Source: Candidatus Eiseniibacteriota bacterium
GTDB lineage: Bacteria > Eisenbacteria > RBG-16-71-46 > JABDJR01
Reading direction: 5' to 3'
Length of the DNA: 64,000 bases
Assembly: GCA_963762255.1 (NCBI GenBank)
Contig: CAVXKA010000002.1
Coordinates: 608,001 to 672,000 of the forward strand
Part shown: positions 59,794 to 64,000 of the stretch, one piece after another
How the letters are laid out: every line of letters starts with the position of its first letter
How positions within the stretch are numbered: the stretch's first letter is position 1
Notes under the pieces: generated by a model
Database searches by the model: none
Told to the model about the DNA's origin: nothing
Seen by the model: the letters and a program-made list of their open reading frames with translations, nothing else
Translations under genes and position numbers: made by a program

Positions 59794-62700
59794 ATGCACA
59801 GGCTCCCTACTCTCCTCACAGGTCCCAGACGCCCTTTCACATGCCAGGCAGCAAGGGGCATGTTGGCTCTCTCCTTGGTTCTTTCCAGCCTGCTTTCAGC
59901 TCCGGCCGCTGCCGTCGAGACCAGGCTGCTCAGGCTGCACAGCGACCCGGGGGACTGGATCGGCAAGGGAGCGGATCTCCACTTCACTGGCGCTGACGGG
60001 GCGTTCTCGCTGACAGGTACTCCCAGTGCCATCGTCGTCATCGTCAATACCCTGGAGGCGCACTGGCGCCTGGAGTTCGGCGCGCCCGCCGGAACGACGC
60101 TCGCTCCCGGACTCTATGAGAAAGCCAGGCGATGGCCATTCAATGATGGGGCCCCCGGGATCTCGATCGATGGCAATGAGGGGGGCTGCAACGAAATCCT
60201 CGGACGGTTCACGATCAAGGAGATTGAGTTCAGCGGCGCTCGGCCAACCAGGTTTTGGGCTGTGTTCGAGCAACATTGCGAGAACGGCACCGACGCTCTT
60301 TGGGGCGAGATTCGATTTGACGCAAGAGTCCTCGTGGACATAGACGTCCCGGTTCGCGCATTTGCTCCAACGTTGAAATCGTTGACCATTCCCGTCTCAG
60401 CAGAAGCGCTCGAAGGCGGTGATGTCGCATTGAGCGCCACTGGCTTGCCCGGTGGCTCCACATTCACCGATCATGGTGACGGATCAGGGACTTTTACTTG
60501 GACTCCGGATCGCAAGCAGGTTGGTCGCCACATTGTGACGTTCTCAGGGCGGTCGGGCCCTTACCAAGGCAGCGCAACGACCACGCTTCTGGCCACGGGC
60601 GACTACCTGCTCTCCATCAACAGCGACCCCGACCACGCAGTAGGACAGGGAGACACTCTCCTCTTCACCCCTGATGACGGCTGGTTCCTGGACAGGTACT
60701 CAACGAGCGCGTGGGTCCAAACAGAATTCCAGCTTCCGGATCACAGCAGCTGGAGATTCGGGTTCCATACTGATGGCACCCCGATCACCCCCCGGTTCTA
60801 CACCGACATCCGTGGAACAGACGAGGCCGGACCCGGTCTGATATTGGACGTGAGTGGCAACAGCATGGTGTGTGGAGGTGTCCGAGGGTGGCTCCAAATC
60901 AAGAAGCTGTCATTTGACTTGGACGGTCGCTTGGAGAGCCTCTGGGCAACACTGGAGCATCACTGCGCGCGTTATACCGATCCGGGGCCCGCTCTTTTCG
61001 CCGAAGTCCGGTTCAACTCCCCCACCGCGGTGGCCGTGAATCCCATCCCCACACAGACCGCGGTGATCGGACACAGACTGGAATTCCCGGTCGTCGCTAG
61101 TGATGTCCAGGGACGGTCGGTCACGCTCGCAGTGGTTGACCCGCCTCCGGGATCGTCCCTGGTCCCCGCCGGAGCGGGAATGGGTAGCTTCCAATGGACG
61201 CCGGAGTTTGACCAGGCGGGAGATCATGTTGTCTTCTTCCAGGGCAGCAACCAGGCCGGTGACCGGGACTCTTCGGGCGCACTGATTCACGTCCGCGGCG
61301 AGACCTCGCTAACCCTGAGAGAGGAAGGGGAGGACGGAATCGAGGTCTACAGGCGCCTTCCCGCGGACGGGGAGTTCGAGGTGTTGGCCAGCAATCGGGC
61401 TCGCCTACGGGTGACCTACAAGACACCCAACTACTCGGAGCATTTCTTGGTGGAACTGACCACGCCATCCGGCGTGGAAGCCTTTACTCCGGGATTCTAC
61501 GAAACCGGACCTGGATTGGCTGGGCTCAGCATGATGGGAAGGCTCAATGATCAGTCGGTGCTCTGCGAGGACTCGGGTGGAATGTCACCACAGGGCGCTT
61601 TTGAGATAAGGAGGCTGATCTGGGGTGGCGACAATCAGCCGGAACAACTTTATGTGGCGTTTTCTGCCCCCTGCAAGGAAGGGAAGTCAGTAGTCCGGGG
61701 AGAACTGCGAATCGACGCGCGGGTCCTCACGGATCTCCAAACCCCGGTCTGGAGTCGCGCCGAGGCAGGGAAACCCGTCTCCATTGAGGTGAAGGGGATA
61801 GACGCGAGAGGCCGCAGCTTGGCGCTCTCAGGCGTTCACCTACCGGAAGGAGCATGGTTCGATGACCGCGGGGACAATTCGGGGGTCGTTACGTGGGTGC
61901 CGGACCCCAGTCACATCGGGGGCAGTCAGCTTGTCTTCGGGGCACGCGCTGGAAGCGAGGATGTGACAACGAGTTCAAGCTGGGTCGAGGTTACCGGGGA
62001 GACTTGGCTCAACGTGCACAGCGAAGCCGGCGATCCCGTTGGTGAGGGCCTGGATCGCCGTATTGAGCCCCCCTCGGCGGAGTTCGACTCCTACATTCTT
62101 GCTGACAACTCGGTCCATGTTCGGGCTTTCGAAGGTGGACGCCGGTGGACTCTGCACTTCGCTGCGGGCTTTGATTCCATTCTGACGGCAGGGGAATACG
62201 AGAACGTCACACGCTGGACGGCTACCGGACCTCATGAGACTCCAGGAATCCTCATCGAGCGGACCGGGGAGACGTGTGGCGCCATCACGGGACGTTTCAC
62301 CGTTCACTCCATCAGCTATGGGTTGAATCGCACGTTGAAATCGCTGCACGCATCGTTCAGACAAACCTGTGAGGGCGCTCCCGGGGCCTTGGCCGGCGAG
62401 CTGCTGGTCAACTCATCGCCGGAGCTGATCCCGGTCCGAGTACTGAACTTCAATGCCTGCCCTGTGCATGGACAGGTCCGTCTGCAGTGGGTGACTGGCG
62501 AAGAGACAAGCGCTGTGGGATTTGATATCTGGCGGCATGTGGAGGCAGGCGACTGGGAGCAGTTGAATGTCAGTCCGATTACCGGCGGCCCCACATATGA
62601 CTATCTGGATCCCCATCCTCCGGTTGGGCAACCCATCTTCTACTTCATCGACTCCATCGACCTGTCGGGGCACCGGGAGCGACACGGGCCCGTGAACGCG

Positions 62701-62991
62701 TACGTTGAGTCAGCAAGGAACCCTGCTCTCGCGGTCGCCAACAATCCCACTCGGTCACCCACGCGAATCCGGATGGCGTTGCCGCTCCCCGGTCGTCTGC
62801 AATTGTCGGTCTTCGACGTGGCCGGCCGCCGGGTTCGGCTTCTCATGGATGAGCAAGTTCCGGCAGGGTGGCACGAGATCGAATGGGACTTGCGCAACGA
62901 CCGCGGACAGACTGTGCCTGCCGGAGTCTATTCCCTCCGCCTCGCGACTCCCCTGGGCCTCCGGAAGGAAAGACTGGTCGTTCTACGGTGA
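59794..62991 (+). CDS. Large secreted repeat protein: 4 Cys-pair beta domains alternating with putative Ig (He_PIG-like) modules, C-terminal FlgD-Ig/T9SS-like sorting domain
   Basis: Repeats beginning LHSDPGDWIGKG, INSDPDHAVGQG and VHSEAGDPVGEG (plus one divergent copy); three GLPGGS..GTFTWTP-type modules; C-terminal VFDVAGRRVR..WDLRNDRG..PAGVY. Confidence 0.8.
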   Translation: MHRLPTLLTGPRRPFTCQAARGMLALSLVLSSLLSAPAAAVETRLLRLHSDPGDWIGKGADLHFTGADGAFSLTGTPSAIVVIVNTLEAHWRLEFGAPAGTTLAPGLYEKARRWPFNDGAPGISIDGNEGGCNEILGRFTIKEIEFSGARPTRFWAVFEQHCENGTDALWGEIRFDARVLVDIDVPVRAFAPTLKSLTIPVSAEALEGGDVALSATGLPGGSTFTDHGDGSGTFTWTPDRKQVGRHIVTFSGRSGPYQGSATTTLLATGDYLLSINSDPDHAVGQGDTLLFTPDDGWFLDRYSTSAWVQTEFQLPDHSSWRFGFHTDGTPITPRFYTDIRGTDEAGPGLILDVSGNSMVCGGVRGWLQIKKLSFDLDGRLESLWATLEHHCARYTDPGPALFAEVRFNSPTAVAVNPIPTQTAVIGHRLEFPVVASDVQGRSVTLAVVDPPPGSSLVPAGAGMGSFQWTPEFDQAGDHVVFFQGSNQAGDRDSSGALIHVRGETSLTLREEGEDGIEVYRRLPADGEFEVLASNRARLRVTYKTPNYSEHFLVELTTPSGVEAFTPGFYETGPGLAGLSMMGRLNDQSVLCEDSGGMSPQGAFEIRRLIWGGDNQPEQLYVAFSAPCKEGKSVVRGELRIDARVLTDLQTPVWSRAEAGKPVSIEVKGIDARGRSLALSGVHLPEGAWFDDRGDNSGVVTWVPDPSHIGGSQLVFGARAGSEDVTTSSSWVEVTGETWLNVHSEAGDPVGEGLDRRIEPPSAEFDSYILADNSVHVRAFEGGRRWTLHFAAGFDSILTAGEYENVTRWTATGPHETPGILIERTGETCGAITGRFTVHSISYGLNRTLKSLHASFRQTCEGAPGALAGELLVNSSPELIPVRVLNFNACPVHGQVRLQWVTGEETSAVGFDIWRHVEAGDWEQLNVSPITGGPTYDYLDPHPPVGQPIFYFIDSIDLSGHRERHGPVNAYVESARNPALAVANNPTRSPTRIRMALPLPGRLQLSVFDVAGRRVRLLMDEQVPAGWHEIEWDLRNDRGQTVPAGVYSLRLATPLGLRKERLVVLR

Positions 62992-63052
62992 GGCGGTCCG
63001 CCCCGCTGCGGCGATTCTGCGGCGCCGGCTCACCCGTCTGGCGCTTCGAGTC

Positions 63053-63100
63053 TGGTGCCGGGGGCCGGAGCCGAGTTCCCGAAGGGAACGAGACCCCGGC
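63053..63100 (-). repeat. tRNA-Leu-derived 48-nt element (duplicated 3' end plus acceptor 5' strand)
   Basis: 18-bp exact direct repeat CTGGTGCCGGGGGCCGGA at 63052-63069 and 63138-63155; CCCCGGC at 63094-63100 equals the tRNA 5' end at 63221-63227. Confidence 0.7.
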
Positions 63101-63138
63101 CGCCTTGGAATCGTAGTGCTGCGCATGCAGCACGCAGC

Positions 63139-63227
63139 TGGTGCCGGGGGCCGGAATCGAACCGGCACGGACGTTGCCGCCCTGCGGATTTTAAGTCCGC
63201 TGCGTCTCCCAGTTTCGCCACCCCGGC
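63139..63227 (-). tRNA. tRNA-Leu (anticodon UAA)
   Basis: GCCGGGGTGGCGAAACTGGGAGACGCAGCGGACTTAAAATCCGCAGGGCGGCAACGTCCGTGCCGGTTCGATTCCGGCCCCCGGCACCA: cloverleaf, long variable arm, GTTCGA T-loop, encoded CCA. Confidence 0.96.
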
Positions 63228-63270
63228 ATCGGGACGAGCACGTTAGGGTAGCGGCTTTCCGGTCCGGCTG

Positions 63271-64000
63271 TCACCGGATGAGAAGCACCTTCCCCGCCAG
63301 CGTCCGGTCTCCCGCGGATAAGCGGAGAAAGTAGATCCCGGTCGCCATCGGCACCCCCATGTCGCTCCTACCATCCCACGCCACTTGATGACGGCCCGCC
63401 GGATGGGCGTCCGCGCTCACCAGCGTCCGCGCGAGCCGTCCGGTCACGTCGTAAACGGCGAGCCGGACCGGGAGCACCTGCGGCAGGTCGAAGCGGATCA
63501 CCGGGCTCGAACCTGCGGGTGCGGTTGGATGAAGCGCGAGCGCGCTCGGTAGGTCTTCCCGGCCGTCCTCCCCCGGCACCCCGGTGACTTCCTCATGAAT
63601 CGTATGGAGCTGGTTTACCTGCACCGGTGAGAGGAACTGCATCGTGCCGTCCGGCCAGCGAATCTGAAGGAGATCCACCTGAGCCGCGCTGCCGAGACCG
63701 AAGTGGGTGATATAGGAGCAGTTTCCCGACTCCCCCACCACCTCCCGCATCTGGGTCTTTCCTCCCGCGGTGACCCATATCCGGGCGCCCACTCCGAAGC
63801 GGTTGAAGTGGACACCGTCGAGTCGGATCTTGATCCAGTTGTTCCCACCACAACCGGGATCCGCATGAAGGTTGTAGAGGTACCGATTCTCCGTGCTTCC
63901 TCCGAACCCTGAGATCACGAACTCGATGTCCCCGTCAGGATCGATATCGCCGGCCGTCACGCCCCAGTGAGAGCCGCTCCCCGCGGCGGTGGAACCGAGT
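63271..64000 (-). CDS. FG-GAP/ASPIC-UnbV (CRTAC1-like) protein with C-terminal FlgD-Ig domain, 5'-partial
   Basis: GDIDPDGDIE, NNWIKIRL..NRFGVGARI, HFGLG..IRWPDG and VYDVTGRL..WDGRSD..ATGIYF motifs; the reading frame runs off the window edge. Confidence 0.85.
   Translation of the reverse strand, partial: LGSTAAGSGSHWGVTAGDIDPDGDIEFVISGFGGSTENRYLYNLHADPGCGGNNWIKIRLDGVHFNRFGVGARIWVTAGGKTQMREVVGESGNCSYITHFGLGSAAQVDLLQIRWPDGTMQFLSPVQVNQLHTIHEEVTGVPGEDGREDLPSALALHPTAPAGSSPVIRFDLPQVLPVRLAVYDVTGRLARTLVSADAHPAGRHQVAWDGRSDMGVPMATGIYFLRLSAGDRTLAGKVLLIR

Noticed and set aside
1-64000. CRISPR array, rRNA, transposase/integrase or prophage genes
   Set aside because: No regularly spaced repeats or corresponding protein motifs were seen on reading the window.

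Overview
High-GC bacterial window from a diderm. Two C-terminal FlgD-Ig-like secreted proteins suggest an FCB-related lineage such as Ca. Eisenbacteria, which is inference only. From left to right: (1) an Rrf2-led sulfur-oxyanion operon with an octaheme tetrathionate-reductase-family cytochrome, a heptaheme/cytochrome-b fusion, and a split YeeE/YedE pair whose second half carries a Cys-less rhodanese and a SoxY-like GGCG tail; (2) an OPT transporter and three sugar-nucleotide/glycosylation genes; (3) a ~21 kb sigma54-controlled envelope/osmostress island (11-32 kb) with a frameshifted cyclic beta-1,2-glucan synthase, a diguanylate cyclase, three small OM beta-barrels, tiny membrane proteins, a XylR/V4R-type activator, five -24/-12 promoters with IHF sites and a shared candidate enhancer, and a C39 peptidase-TPR-POTRA-Omp85 barrel fusion beside a double-glycine precursor-like protein; (4) a selenium-dependent molybdenum hydroxylase cluster (ygfM-xdhD-amidohydrolase-mocA-yqeB-yqeC); (5) an aquaporin-glucose dehydrogenase-glucoamylase operon; (6) a 1675-aa MetV-MetF-MetH triple fusion; (7) crcB/DUF190, an MFS transporter, a frameshifted Zn-PLC/P1-like protein, a redoxin and a large repeat protein; (8) tRNA-Leu(UAA) followed by a 48-nt acceptor-stem/CCA mimic. 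The best candidates for undescribed systems are the C39-Omp85/GG-peptide pair, the OTR-cytochrome b-YeeE/GGCG module, the Met triple fusion and the tRNA minihelix. All family calls come from motif recognition by eye; no searches were run.
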